Below the pieces are notes generated by a model. It saw only the letters and a program-made list of their open reading frames with translations, did no database searches and was not told where the DNA came from. From Chiloscyllium plagiosum (lineage: Eukaryota), in NCBI RefSeq assembly GCF_004010195.1, contig NC_057751.1, forward strand, positions 2,021,305 through 2,085,304: DNA of 64,000 nucleotides, written 5' to 3'. Positions within the stretch are counted from its first letter, which is position 1. Each line of letters begins with the position of its first letter. This document shows, piece by piece, positions 1 to 13,929 of this stretch. The position numbers and the translations under genes are program-made.

Positions 1-95
1 TTTAACCAATATCAGAAGAGTATTAATGCTTCATTGATCACAAAGGTTTTGGCAGAGACTCCTGACATTTTCAGAAATTATGGGGAAATTGATCT
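1..95 (+). CDS. Candidate host coding exon (5' end outside window), product unknown
   Basis: Open frame FNQYQKSINASLITKVLAETPDIFRNYGEID ends CT|gtgagg (donor at 96), phase-compatible with the acceptor at 209. No protein family recognised. Confidence 0.3.
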
Positions 96-209
96 GTGAG
101 GTATTATGATGTTCTTAGGACAGAAAGTCATGTTTCCAGCCAGAGAACTTAGAATTAGAACTGCAAGAGGTATTAAGTATGGATTCTTTGTTTTTTTTCT
201 TCCTTACAG

Positions 210-365
210 GCTCCCTCTCTTGATACGTGTGTGTTTGGTAGTCTCAAGTGCACAAATTGTACAATATAATTTTCAATACACTGCAGATGAACCCTTCCCA
301 CCTCTTTGCTGTCTCTCCTGCATGAAGAACTTTGCTCTTTTCTTAAATGCACTCTCTTTCATCAG
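210..365 (+). CDS. Candidate host coding exon, product unknown
   Basis: Strong acceptor ttttttttcttccttacag|G; continues frame as LPLLIRVCLVVSSAQIVQYNFQYTADEPFPPLCCLSCMKNFALFLNALSFIR; possible donor CAG|gtgtat at 366. Confidence 0.3.
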
Positions 366-429
366 GTGTATGATTTTAACATTGATCAAAATTCTCCATT
401 CAATTTATTTTTCAATCTCAGAATGATCC

Positions 430-830
430 TGGATACACTACATCCACAGAGGACATTTAGCCCATTGCGCCTGTGCCAACTCTCACAAATAGCTCTGCAA
501 ATAGTCCCATTTCACCCCAGTTCTTTTCTGCAATTTACTATTTCTTTCTAAGCATCTACCCAAGTCCCTTTTGAAAGTAAGTGTTCAATCTGTTCAACCC
601 TTTCAGACAGTGCATTACAGATTACAACAAGTTGCTGGGCAAGAAAAAAAAAATCAACTCATCTCATCTCTCTTTCTTTTGCAAATGATCTGTTTTTTCA
701 GATTACAGGCCCTCCTGCCACTGGAAACAGTTCTCCCAATCCACATTATGAAACCTTTCATCATTATGAACACATTAAATCTACCTCTTTAGTTTTTTCA
801 ATGAGCTTACTTCTCCAATCTTTACACATA
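430..830 (-). mobile_element. Old CR1 LINE 3' fragment
   Basis: Degenerate antisense match to the CR1 3' ends elsewhere in the window. Confidence 0.6.
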
Positions 831-1939
831 AAGCAAGCTTCCTCTTCTCTGATACAATTTAAAAGAGTGGAAGTTACCAAATTACAAAATTCACCCTTGT
901 GAAAATGTGGTGTTAAGCATTGAACATAGTGGTTTAGGGACGTTACATACTTGAGGCTTTGGGGGTGGAATACGGTGACCACTGAACAGCTTGTGCATCC
1001 CTCATTGTGCAGGAATGAATTAAGTCCTTTTTTTAAACGTGAATTCTTTGTTTAGCTTTTGCTAGTTTAGCTCTTTGGCACGACAGATTGAATCTCCAGC
1101 CCAGACATATGCAAATATCATGTCTAATGAAGTGAAAAACTGACAATCGACAAAATCAAATTGGATGATTGCAGGAAGGTGAAACTCCATGTTGTACGGT
1201 CACATGGGGGAAAGTCAACAGTGTTAGACTCAGATTATTCTGTAAAATTGATCTTAATGTTGGACTATATGATTATATCTCTGAGTCCCTTGAGACTCTT
1301 GAGCAATAAGAGTTAAATGAAGACAACTTGTCTTTCATTTCAGTCTTTGTCAATCAACTGATTATTAACAAGTCACTATTTAAAATCAGATAGATAATTG
1401 AATGTGAAATATTAGCATGAATGAATGAAAAGGGTACATTCCATTATTCTTAGTTGTTTCATTGGAATGTTCAAATTCTCCCGATGTATTTTTGTTCATG
1501 GGTTTTGAGGGCTGCTGGTGAGCCCAGCATTTATTGCCTGTCTGCAATTACCCTTGAGGAAGTGACAGTGAGCTGACTTCATTGAGAGTCCAAGTCAGGA
1601 TGGTGTGCAATGTGGAAGGAACGTTCACAAACATACAAAATATTTTGACAAAGACTGGTAATGTAAACAGGATTCCAAAAGAACTCTTTAGTATGCATTA
1701 CCTCATGATCAACACTGCTCCAAGCGATATATCACATGCTCAATTCAATATTCAGCTGGAGGTGAAACACTATGTTAAATGACATATTGCAACATTATAA
1801 CAGGGACATTCTCATGTGTTTGCTGCTATTATCCTTCAAGATGGTAATAACTGTGCATTTAGCAAAGAACATAGAGCTCTGCTGGCTGGCTTTCCATCTT
1901 CTACTCGACATCAATTTATGTCTATCCAAAACTACTACT

Positions 1940-2250
1940 GTTCATATCCATACTTGATCAAAGTCCCATTCACCCATTGACATTCTGCTTGCTAATCTAT
2001 GATGATTCCTGGTATCCGAATGCCTCCAATTTAAAATTGTTATCCTTGCTGTGAAGTATTTCTATTGCCTCACCCTTCCGGTCGGTTTGAACTCCTCCAT
2101 CTTGACAACTATTTGGATACTCTAATACTGACCTCAAACATGAATGATTTCCATCATTCCACTGTTGGCAGATGTGTCTTCAACTGCCTAACTGGCTTTC
2201 TCCACTCCTTCAAGAGCTTCCAGGAAGTCTACCTCTTCAAAATAGCTTTT
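1940..2250 (+). mobile_element. L2 LINE C-terminal fragment
   Basis: Decayed equivalent of the L2 HITPxLxxLHWLPV..FKIL motif (cccattcacccattgacattctgcttgctaatcta...tttaaaattgttatcctt). Confidence 0.55.
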
Positions 2251-3069
2251 GTGAACTCTCCTAAAGTCTTTTTGTTTGACTTGTTGACCATTTTTGTGTG
2301 ACAATGATCACCAGTAAGGTTGTGCTTGCTTGACCCTTACAGGATAAATATTTTTGTCGTTGTCCATTAAAATCACATTTTGACATTTTACGCTGGCAGA
2401 GTTTGATTGATGCTGCAATGGGCAAACTCAAAGCCCATATATCTTGGGCACTGGCAGACTAAATGAAGTCCTCAAATGACTGAAAAGTGAAGGTAGGAAC
2501 ATCTGTGCTCCGAGCCTCGGTTTTACCATGAGGTTGAGTATCTCTGAGTTACATACTGAATCATGTTATTGTGATTTTGTGTTTTTATTTCTTTCCTCGG
2601 TTACAAAACTCTAATTCACTGTTTGGTCTGAAATTTGTTGCTCTTTCAGGAATACAGTATGAAAGTGATGAACTCAGAGACTGACACTGTGATAAATTGT
2701 GAGGTGGACAATAAGCTATAACACACAAGCAGGAAAATGTATTAATGCAAAGAATGCCTTGGTGGTTTCACAATCAGCCACTGTAACTTTAATAGAACCC
2801 TGTTTCGACAAATTAAGGACATTTCCAGTTTCTGGACTTCAGACTGGTAGTTGTCCCATGAGATTCCCAAGTGGGAATCAGAAGAAGAGTTGCTTTATAA
2901 CAATCGGAAAGTTCATGCTATGCAAAGGTTAATAACAGGAATAAGAAGACAGTGACTGAAAAAAAAATCAGATTTCATTTCTCTTCAAATGTATTCTCAT
3001 ATTTTGCCTCGGACTTTGTGTTTGAATTCCAAATTACATCCATTATTAAATAAAAACCAAAAGATCAAC

Positions 3070-3400
3070 TTACATTTCTCCAACATCTTTATGGCCTCAG
3101 CACGTCCCTAACTTGTGAAGTTTAGACACAGCTGTAATTTAGGAAAATGCGTGTTAATTTGTGCACAGCTAATCCTGCAAGCACTACAGGAAAGTGATTA
3201 GATAATGTCTTTCACTGATTTTTATTGAGGCATAAATATTAGACAGAGGACATCGGGAAAAGTTCCCTGTTCTTTGCCTAATAATGCCATGAAATCTTGC
3301 CCTGGAAAGGTAATGTGATTTCAAAAGGTCACATCTGTGATTGTGCTGAGGATGTGCTGCACTGTTCTAGAGTACGTGCACCTATGAATGTACTCGTGTA
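3070..3400 (-). mobile_element. Deu-domain SINE (SacSINE1/AmnSINE1-like), degraded
   Basis: Antisense of the Deu core (aatttgtgcacagc...ttgaggcataaatatt...aatgccatg). Confidence 0.6.
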
Positions 3401-3544
3401 AGAAGTTGGGGTTGATAACTGGATCCAATCAAGGTGGAAAAAACATGCTGCATCTTGCAACTAAACTATCGAGGAAAATAAACATTTTTCTTGATAGTTT
3501 AGTTGCAAAATGCTGCATCTCTGCTTTTGAATTTCCTTTCCAAA

Positions 3545-3888
3545 AAGAAATGTGCTCATGGGATGTGGGCATCATTGGATAGGCCAGCACGTATTACTCA
3601 ACCTTAATTGCCAAAGTGGAAACCACATTGCTCTGGGCCTGGAGTCACATGTCGGCCAGACCAGCTCAGGATGGTAGATTTCCTTCCCTGAAGGACATTA
3701 ATGGTCCAGGTGGATTTTTCTTGACAATTGACAGTGGTTTTATGGTCATGATTAGATCCTTAATTCCGCTGTTTGTTTTCATACAGACTTCACCATCTGC
3801 CTCAATGGCATTTGTCTGCAAGGTGCCCAAAGTATGTCCTGAATCTCTGGATTAATAGTCTGGCAAGAATACCACAAGGCCACCCCAC
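3545..3888 (-). mobile_element. tRNA-derived SINE with LINE-derived 3' tail
   Basis: Antisense tail atgggatgtgggc..ggccagca..taattgcc; same family as 24993-25352 and 55999-56458. Confidence 0.7.
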
Positions 3889-4949
3889 GATCAGCTGACT
3901 CTCTCTGTCTCTTGTGATGATGCAAATAAAGAAATATACTTATCAATTATTCAATTTAATGAATCAGTACTTAAAAACCATAACTGAATTGAATTACTGG
4001 ACACAGAAACCTGTGCAGGGCTCCTTCTGTGGCGTATGGTTTTCCCTATTTTTACCTTTAGATTTATTAGTATATTGTTTGCCTGAATGGCTGTCTATAA
4101 AGATATTCCCTGACCAATATTTGTAGCTTTGCTGTTCTTCTTCATAATGCAGAGGCAGATTAAGTGCTGTCATTGTGAAGGAGTCACTTCTTTACATACG
4201 GTTTATAATGGGTGCCAGGGAATGTAATTCTGAACTGTCATTATAGTTTGACAATGTTAATAGAAAATACTCGCACAAGATTGACTGCAAAAGAAGAAAA
4301 TCAATAATAGGTCCTGGGGGGATACACACAGACTCTAATCGAACATAGAAATGCTGACACATCATTTAAATAAATGAATTGCATTTTAAATACTCACCAA
4401 TCAGTCTTCTGCACTTTATGGAAATGCTTGCTTTAAGACAAAAACAGCCTCAGCTAAATTCTTCTTTCAACTTTCAATAAGCTGAATTTTATTGTTGCAT
4501 TGACTAAACTTGTATTCCCTTGCACACACGGGATCACGTGTTGTTCTGATTGAGGTGTCGAAAATGATTACATGACGGGAGATAGACAGCAGTTTCTGGG
4601 CAGTGTCAGGGAGCGATAACATTACTTAAATGTGCTTTTGGCTGTTTAAGGGTAATGTCAGGAATCACTTCAGTATACACAGAATAATGGAAATTTGGTC
4701 GACTCTCTCCCCAGTATGCTGCCAAGGCTATAGATCAATACAAAACTTAGATTTTTATTGGGTTTTGTTGGATTGATGGCTGCCTCGGTGGATCAATGGC
4801 ATTAAGGTATAGATCCCTTGGCATATTCTTACTGAATGATCAAAGAGTACCAGAAGACTGAATGGCCTTCTCTTGTATTCTGTGCTTTTCAGTATCCAAT
4901 ATAAAATATTATTCTTGCCCCGGTGATAACTGCAGTTAGCAAGTATGGA

Positions 4950-5545
4950 AGTTCGAAACCGTAATGACACCAACAACTTGAAAACTGGAGCCACAGTATT
5001 TCTTTGGCTAGTCCAGTTTACTTAATGGTCAGTGGCAACCCTCAGAATGCTGATAGTGCAAAATTCAATAATTGTAATTTTAATAAATGTCAAATGAATG
5101 AGATTATGTTCTCTGTTGTTGGAGATGGTCACTGCCTGGCACTTATGTGGCATGAATGTTGCTGGCAATTTCTCAGCCCAAGCCTGGATATTATTCAGAT
5201 CTTGTTGGATTTGGACTGCTTCAGTAGCTGAGATGTTGTGAATGGTGCTGAACATTGTGCAGTTATTGGTGATCATTTCCACTTTGACATTATGATGGAC
5301 ATTATGACTGATGAAGAAGCTGAAGATGGTTGGACCAAGGACACTTTTAGTAAGAGAAGGCCACTGGCTTTCCTGGATAGAAAAATGCAATGGGTAAATA
5401 CAATTGTTAAACTCTGAGGGAACTTGCATATGGTGGCATCTGCTATCCTTTTCTTTCAAGGTGATAGATGTTGTGGGTTTGCAAACTGCTGTTGGCAGAG
5501 TCTTAGTGAGTTACTTCAAGGTGTCTTGAGGATGGTACACACTCT
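4950..5545 (-). mobile_element. CR1/L2-group LINE RT fragment (family of 17050-24070)
   Basis: ORF 5022-5459 contains QQDLNNIQAWAEKLPATFMPHKCQAVTISN. Confidence 0.8.
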
Positions 5546-5554
5546 TGCTATTTG

Positions 5555-6405
5555 ATCATAAAGTCATAAGAAATAGGAGCTGGATTAGGCTATTCGGCCC
5601 ATCAAATCTGCTCTACCATTCGGTCATGGCTGATATGTGTTTCAACCCCATTCTCCTGCCTTTTCCCTCACTCATTAATAACCTATTTATCGCTGTCTTA
5701 AATATACTCAACGGCCTCCATCACCCTCTGCAGAAGTGAGTTCCACAGATTCACCATCCTCTGGCTAAAGAAATTGCGCCTCATCTCAGTTCTGAAGGGC
5801 CATTCCTTCACTTTGTGGCTGTGTCTTCTGGTCCAAGTCTCTCCTACTAGTGGGAATGTCTTTTTCATGTCCATTCTATCCAGGCCTCGAAGACTCCTAA
5901 AGCTCTTTGTGCTTCAGATTTCTGAAGCCTTTCCCCATTTAGGAAATAGCGTCTGCTTCAACTTTCCCACATTGTATTCCATCTGCCAGTTCTTTACCCA
6001 CTGTTTTAGATTGTCCAAGTCCTTCTGTAGCTTCCCTGCTTTCTCAACACTACCTGTCCTTCCACCTATCCCTTTGTGTCATCTGCAAACTTAGCAAAGG
6101 TGCCCTCAGTATCTTTGTCGAGAATGTTAGTGTACAAAATGAATAGTGTGGTCCCAACCCTGACCCCTCTGGAGCTCCACTAGTCACCGACAGCTATCCT
6201 TAAAAAGACTCCTTCAACACACTGTCTGCCTTTGCAAGTCAGCCAATCTACTATTCATTTAGTTCATTGCCCCGGATACCATGGACTCTTATATTATTCA
6301 GTAGCTTCCTGAAATCAAAACAGATTACATTTAATGGTTCTCCTTTAGCTAACTTACTCACTATCCTCCCAACGAATTGCAAGAGATTTGTCAGGCATGA
6401 TGTCC
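5555..6405 (-). mobile_element. CR1 LINE, internally deleted 3' part
   Basis: Antisense CR1 terminus (cataagaaataggagc..ggctattcggccc) and antisense KFADDTK (tgtgtcatctgcaaactt). Confidence 0.8.
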
Positions 6406-6409
6406 CTTG

Positions 6410-7112
6410 ATGAAAGGCGGGAGAAATAGTAAGTGCACTCGTGGTACTTTTTCAGAAATCGCTGGACTTGAAGGCAGTTCCAGCAGATTGGAAAATAGCA
6501 AATGTGACGCTACAGTTTAAAAAGGGCGGTAGACAAAAGATGGGGAGCTATAGTTATAGTTTAGCTGCTGTAGTGGGGAAAATGCTTGAGTCTATTATCA
6601 AAGAAGAAATAGCAGGGCGTGTGGATAGAAATTGTCCCGTTGGGCAGACGCAACATGGGTTCATGAAGGGCAGGCCATGCTTAACTAATCTATTGGAATT
6701 CTACAAAGACATTATGAGCACGGTGGAAAACAGGGACCCAGTAGATGTGGTGTACCCAGATTTCCAAAAGGCATTTGACAAGATGCTGCACAAGAGGCTG
6801 CTGCATAAGATAAGGATGCATGGCATTAAGGGTAAAGTATTAGCATGGATCGCGGATTGGGGATGAATGAGTGCTATTCTGGCTGGCAATCAGGGACGAG
6901 TTGTGTGCCTCAGGGATCAGTGTTGGGTCCACAATTATTCAATTTGAGTTTGGGACCACACGTACTGTGTCAAAGTTTGCAGATGACACTGAGATAAATG
7001 GCAGAGGAACACCGATACTTTAAGTGAGTGGGCAAAGGTCTGACAGATGGAATACAATGTTAATAAATATGAAGTCATCCATTTTGGTAGAAGTAACAGT
7101 GAAAAGGACTAT
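6410..7112 (+). mobile_element. CR1 LINE RT fragment
   Basis: VPADWKIANVT..FKKG, QHGFMKGRPCLTNLLEF, DVVYPDFQKAFDKM. Confidence 0.9.
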
Positions 7113-7113
7113 T

Positions 7114-8200
7114 AGAGTCATAGAGTCATAGAGATGTACAGCACAGAAACAGACCCTTTGGTCTAACTTGTCCATGCCGATCAGGTATCCTAACCTAATT
7201 TAGTCCCATTTGCCAGCACCTGGCCCATATTCCTCCAAACTCTTCTTATTCATATACCCATCCAGATGCCTTTAAATGCTGTAATTGTACCAGCCTCCAC
7301 CACTTCCTCTGGCAGCTCATTCCACATACCACCCTCTGACTGAAAAGGTTGCCCCTTAGGTCTTTTTTATATCTTTCCCCTCTCACCCTAAAGCTATGCC
7401 GTCTAGTTCTGGACTCCCCCACCACAGGCAAAAGTCTTTGTCTACTTATCCTATCCACGCCCCTCATGATTTTGTAAACCTGTATAAGGTCACCCCTTAA
7501 TCTCCGACGCTCCAGTTAAAATAGCCCCAGCCTGTTCAATCTCTCCCTATAGCTCAAACCCTCCAACCCTGGCAACATCCTTGTAAATCTTTTCTGAACC
7601 CTTTCAAGTTTCACAACATCTTTCCAATAGGAAGGAGGCCAGAATTGCAAGCAATATTCCAACACTGGCCCAACCAATGTCCTGTATAGCCACAACATAA
7701 CCTCCCAACTCCAGTACTCCACACTCTAACCAATAAAGGAAAGCATACCAAACACTTTCTTCACTATTCTATCAACCTGTGACTCCACTTTCAAGGAGCT
7801 ATGAACCTGCACTCTGAGGTCTCCTTGTTCATCAATAGTCCCCAGGACCTTATCATTGAGTGTTTAAGTCCTGCCCTGATTTGTCTTTCCAAAATGCAGC
7901 ACCCCACATTTATCTAAATTCAACTCCATCTGCCACTTCTCAGCTCATTGGCCCATCTGATTAACATCCTGTTGTAATCCGAGGTAACCTTCTTCACTGT
8001 CCACCACACCTCCAATTTTGGTGTCATCAGCAAACTTAGGAGCTGTACCTCTTATGCTCACAACCAAATCATTTATATAAATGATAAAAATAGTGGACCC
8101 AGCACCAATCCTTGTGGCACTCCACTGGTCACAGGCCTCCAGTCTGAAAAACAACCGTCCACCACCACCCTCTGTTCTTCTACCTTTGAGCCAGATCTGT
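7114..8200 (-). mobile_element. CR1 LINE 3' portion
   Basis: KFADDTKIGG, LYRTLVGPVLEYCLQFW; (agagtcat)n terminal repeat at the low end. Confidence 0.92.
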
Positions 8201-8849
8201 AGGCAAAATAGGTAAACAGCAGCAAAAAGCAAAACACAGATACAGGCGAATGCTATGAGTTTGTGAGTCCGTTCACAATTCAAGGTTGAAGAAATAGCAT
8301 CGATGCGTTTACGGGGAAAGAGGATAAACACATGAGGGAGAGGGTCACGCTGACAAGGTTAGACGTAGAAGTGCTGTGGAGGAGGGATGGATGTGTGTTG
8401 GGGATGTGGAGACTCGAGTAAAGCACAAAGTAAAGTAAATCTTTAGTCAAATGGCCACTTCTTTGCTGCAGATTCTCTGATTTCTCTCACAATGCAAGCA
8501 AGAAAAGCCCAATGTAATAAAAATGTTAATTCCTACTGGTGCAGATAAATCTGTCACGTTGATTTTGGATACTCCATTATTTCTGATTATGAAGCCAATA
8601 TATGTTTTATCTAGTCCTGATGATTTGAGTGAAACATTGGCACACAAATATTAATGATGCATTCATAGGATAGCAAGGTTGAATTTTAGTGAATACGAAT
8701 TATGGATTTATTGGGTAACTGTTGAAATAAGCAGCATTCTTTTCCTAAATTCCACGAAAAAAGCAATTGGTAATGTGATTTCCAGAATTTTATTAAAATC
8801 TGTCTCTTGATTTAATTTTAAAAATATAAACCATCAGTACTAAGTTAGC

Positions 8850-11800
8850 CTGGAGCACTTTTTTAGAACAAAAAGACGGTGCTATTTTCTGGGTCTGTCG
8901 ATTGTGAGGGAGGAAGATGGCCTTTAGTAGAGTGATATGCTCTTCCTGGTCAGATGTGGGAAATTAGGGAGAGTTTCCATATTACTGATGATTCTGTCTG
9001 CAGGAAGTGTCTTTGCTTGCAAATCTTATCAGATCACACAAATTGCTTGGTCCAGCAGTAAGAGGAAATGAGGAATTTACATAAGCTAGGGGGTGTGATG
9101 TATGGCAATTATAGGAAGGAAGAAAAGCCACAGATACAGTCAGGCAGATGGGTCACCGTCAGGAAAAGTAGGAGAGGGAGGCAGATAATGCATGAGTTTT
9201 CTCACACTATCCTTGTTTCAAACAAGTGGGCTGTTTGGAAAATGCAGGGGGTGATGGTCTCTTGGGGGAATGTAGCACAAACAGCCAAGTTTCTGGTATC
9301 CAAACAGGCTCTAATGTAATGAGGGCTATATTGGGTTCCAAGCAATCGATTGTGGTAGGGGACTTTCTAGCCAGAGGCACAGAGAGATGTTTCTGCAGCC
9401 AGCAGAGAAAAATCAGGATGGTCTGTTGCCTCGCTCGTGCAAGGATCAAGGATATCTCAGAGACAGTGCAGAATATACTCAAAAGGGGAGTGGGACCAGC
9501 AGGAAGTCATCGTACACATTGCAACTAATGACATAGGAAGGAAAAAAAGGAGATTCTAAAGGGAGAATATAGAAATTTAGGCAGGAATTTTAAAAAGAAG
9601 GTCCTTGAGAGTAGTAATATCCGGATTACTCTTGGTTCTATAAGCCAGTGAGGGTAAGAATAGGAGGATAGAGCAGATGAATGCATGGCTGAGGAGCTGG
9701 TGCAGGGGAGAAGGATTCACATTTTTAGATCATTGGAATCTCTTCCAGGTATAAGTGACCTGTACAAAAAGGATAGATTGCACCTAAATTGGACCTGAGG
9801 AGTGGGAGTGGTGTTTTTGATAAGGGATAGTGTTACAGCTGTACTGAGGGAGGATATTCCTGGGAATACATCCAGGGAAGTTGTCTGGGTGGAACTGAGA
9901 AATAAGAAAGGGATGATCACCTTATTGGGATTGTGTTATAGACACTCTAATAGTCAGTGGGAAATTGAGAAATACATTTGTGAAGAGATGAGGTTTCGGT
10001 AATCTCGAAAAGTAATAGGGTAGTTATGGTTCGGGATTATAACTTTCCAAACATAGACTGGGACTGTCCTAGTGTTAAAGGTTTAGATGGAGAGGAATTT
10101 ATTATGTGTGTACAAGAAAACTTTCTGATTCAGAATGTAGGTATACCTACTAGAGAAGGTGCAAAACTTGACCTACTCTTGGAAAATAAGGCAGGGCAGG
10201 TGACTGAGGTGTCAGTGGAGGAGCACTTTGGGGCCAGCGACCATTATTCTATTAGTTTTAAAACAGTGATGGAAAAGGATAGACCGGATCTAAAAGTTGA
10301 TGTTCTAAATTGGAGAAAGGCTAATTTTGATGGTATTAGGCAAGAACTTTCAAAAGTTGATTGGGGGCAGATGTTCTTAGGTAAAGGGATGGCTGGAAAA
10401 TGGGAAGCCTTCAGAAACGAGATAATGAGAGTCAAGAGACAGTATATTCCTGTTAGAGTGAAAGGAAAGGCTGGTTGGTGTAAGGAATGCTGGATGTCTC
10501 GAGAAATTGAGGTTTTGGTCAAGAAAAAGATGGAAGCATGTGTCAGGTATAGACAGGAGAGATTGAATGAATCCTTCGAAGAATACAAAGGCCATAGGAA
10601 CATACTTAAGAGAGAAATCAGGACGGCAAGAAGGGGAGAGCTTTGGCAAATGGGGTTAAGGAGAAGCCAAAGGGTTTTTATAAACACATTAAAGACAAAA
10701 GGGTAACTAGGGAGAGAACAGGGCGCCTCAAAGATCAGCAAGGCAGCCTTTGTGTGGAGCCGCAGGACAGGAGGGAGAGATTAAACAAGTAATTTGCATC
10801 AGTGTTTACTATTGAGGACATGGAAGGTATAGAATGTTGGGAAATAGATGGTGACATCTTGAAAAATGTCCATATTACACAGGAGGAGGTGCTGGATATC
10901 TTGAAATGTGTAAAAGTGGATAAATCCCTAGGACTTGATCAGGTGTACCCAAGAACTCTGTGGGAAGCTAGGGAAGTGATTGCTTGGCCTCTTGGTGAGA
11001 TATTTGTATCATGGATAGTCACAGGTGAGGTACCGGAAGACTGGAGATTGGCTAACATGGTGCCACTATTTAAGAAAGGTGGTAAGGAAATGCCAGGGAA
11101 CTGTAGACCAGTGAGCCTGACATTGGTGGTGAGCAGGTTGTTGGAGGGAATCCTGAGAGACAGTATTTACATGTATTTGGAAAGGCAAGGACTGATTAGG
11201 GATAGTCAACCAGGCTTTGTGCATGGTAAATAGCGTCTCATGAACATGATTGAGTTTTTTTGAAGAAGTAACAAAGAGGATTAACATGGGGCACTACTTT
11301 TCATCATTTATATAAATGAATTGGATGTGAGCATAAGAGGTATTGCTACTCCGTTTGCTGATGACACCAAAATTGGAGGTATAGTGGACAGCAAAGAAGG
11401 TTACCTCAGTTTACAATGGGATGTTGATCAGATGGGCCAATGGGCTGAGAAGTGGCAGATGGAGTTTAATTTAGATAAATGTGAGGTGCTGCATTTTAGA
11501 AAAGCAAATCAGAGCAGGGCTTATACACTTAATGGTAAGGTCCTGGGGAATGTTGCTGAACAAAAAGACCTTGGAGTGCAGGTTCATAGCTCCTTGAAAG
11601 TAGAGTCACAGGTTGATAGGATAGTGAAGAAGTCATATGGTATGCTTTCCTTTATTGGTCAGAGTATTGAGTACAGGAGTTGTGAGGTCATGTTGTGGCT
11701 GCACAGGACATTGGTTCGGCCACTTTTGGAATATTGCATACAATTCTGGTCTTCTTCCTATTGGAAGGATATTGTGAAACTTGAAAGCGTTTGGAAAATA

Positions 11801-12271
11801 TTGACAAGGATTTGCCTGGGTTGGAGGATTTGATCTATAAGGAGAAGCTGAATAGACTGGGGCTGTTTTCCCTGGAGCGTCAGAGGCTGAGGGGTGACCT
11901 TACAGAGGTTTATAAAATCATGAGGGGCATGGATAGGATAAATAGACAAGGTCTTTTCCCTGGGGTTGGGGAGTCCAGAACTAGAGGGCATAGCTTTAGG
12001 GTGAGAGGGGAAAGATATAAAAGGGACCTAAGGGGCAACTTTTTTCATGCAGAGGGTGATGCGTGTATGGAATGAGCTGCCAGAGGAAATGGTGGAGGCT
12101 GGTACAATTGCAGCATTTAAAAGGCAGCTGGATGGGTATATGAATAGGAAGGGTTTAGAAGGATATGGGCCAAATGCTGGCAAATGGGACTAAATTAAGT
12201 TAGGATATCTGGTCGACATGGATGAGTTGGACCGAAGGGTCTGTTTCTGTGCTGTGCATCTCTATGACTCT
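8850..12271 (+). mobile_element. Near full-length decayed CR1 LINE (ORF1 with SGNH-esterase, ORF2 APE endonuclease + RT)
   Basis: ORF1 IVVGDFLARG/RMVCCL/HLN; endonuclease WVELRNKKG, FGASDH; RT FADDTKIGG, LVRPLLEYCIQFW; ends tctatgactct. Frameshifts and internal deletions near 9797 and 11288. Confidence 0.93.
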
Positions 12272-13204
12272 CGACATCAGCAAGGTTCCCAGAATGCAAT
12301 GTAACGAAAATGAATTTGGTACCTGTGGCTTTATTCATTATCCTAGCATGTTGTCATTGTCAGATTTTTCAGAAATGAGAGTTAAAATGAATACTACTCT
12401 GCCTTTGGCCAGGTTTAATTCAAACAAGTTTGTATGATATGTCTATAGGGAGGCAGCAAAGGGCTGTGTTCTGAAAGTGATTGAAACAGGGTTGCTTTTA
12501 TCAATGTTTTAGCTGATTTAAAATGTTAGTAGAAGCAGCTTAACAGAGACTATTAAAGATAATTTCATTCTTTATGAATGTTAAAACATCTGGAGATTCG
12601 ATACGGAATCAAACTCTTCTGGGGGCTGTTGAAAGGTCTGAAGTGAAAGGAAATCTAAAAAAAATGGCAGAAAGAGCAAAGTACATTTCCTTTCCCACCT
12701 TACCCCAGCACCTTTCACAACCACTAGCTCACTTCTGAAGTGAAGCCTCTGCTAGTTGGTGTTCAATAAAGTGTGCACAGCAAGATTCCATGAAAAGAAT
12801 TGCCAATTCAGTGTTGGCCAGGTCATTGGTGAATCAAGTTATGGAATGGTTACTTCACAGAAAAAAGCCATTCTGCCTTTTGTGATTGTGTTGGCTTTCT
12901 CCTCAATGTCACTCGCCTCACAGTACAACACAAATAATGATCCACCTTCCTCTTGAAAGTCTCAGTTGAATCTGCCTCCACTGCATGCTCAGGCAGAGCA
13001 TTTCAAATTCTAACTACCTGCAGTATATAAAAAAATCTTGTTTATCGATTTCCATTGCTTCTTCTGCCAATCAAATCTGTGCCCTCTGACAGTGCATCCA
13101 CCAGTGGGAATAGCTTCTTTTTGTCAAATCTGCATAGTCCCCTTATGTTTTTGAATACCTCTATTCAATTTTCTCTGGCATGAGAACATTTTGTGACACT
13201 TTAA

Positions 13205-13675
13205 AAGATTCAGAAAAGATTTACAAGGATGTTGCCAGGGTTGGAGGGTTTGAGCTATCAAGAGAGGCTGAATGGGTTGGGTGTGTTTTCCCTGGAGTGT
13301 TGGTGGCTGAGGGGTGACCTCACAGAGGTTTAGAAAGGTTTAGAAAATCTTGAGGGGCATGGATAGGGTAAATAGACAAGGTCTCTTCCCTGGGATGGGG
13401 GAGTCCAAAACAAGAGGGTATAAGTTTAGGGTGAGAGGGGGAAGATTTAAAAGGGACCTCAGCGGCAATGTTTTCACGCAGAGGGTGGTGCATGTGTGGA
13501 ATGAGCTGCCAGAGGAATTGGTGAAGGCATCCGGATGGGTATACAAATAGGAAGGGTTCAAGAGCTATTTGGGCCAAATGTTGGCAAATGGTACGAGGTG
13601 ATTCTTGAATATCTGGTTGGCATGGACAAGTTGGACCGAAAGGTTTCTGAGCATGCTTTACATCTCTATGACTCT
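13205..13675 (+). mobile_element. CR1 3' end
   Basis: SKTRGYKFRVRG..FTQRVVHVWNELP; terminus ctatgactct. Confidence 0.9.
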
Positions 13676-13929
13676 TTAAGTCCCCATTTATTTAAGTTCC
13701 TCAACCCTATGAATCTTTTCTGCACCCTCTCTTATGCCTGTACATCTTTCCTGAAGTGTGGTTCTCAGCAATGGACATAATATTCCAGCTGAAGCTGAAC
13801 CATATTTTAAAGAAATCTCACAGAACTTTCGTGTTTCAGTATCTTATGCCTCAACTAGTGAAACAAAGGATGCTGAATGCTTCACTAACGGCTTTTTTCA
13901 ATTTGTACCACCACCTTCTGGAAAGTCAA

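Noticed and set aside
8450..8653. Ankyrin-like wording NVIKMLIPTGADKS..DTPLFL
   Set aside because: In-frame stop upstream, poor repeat spacing and no usable splice sites; likely chance.
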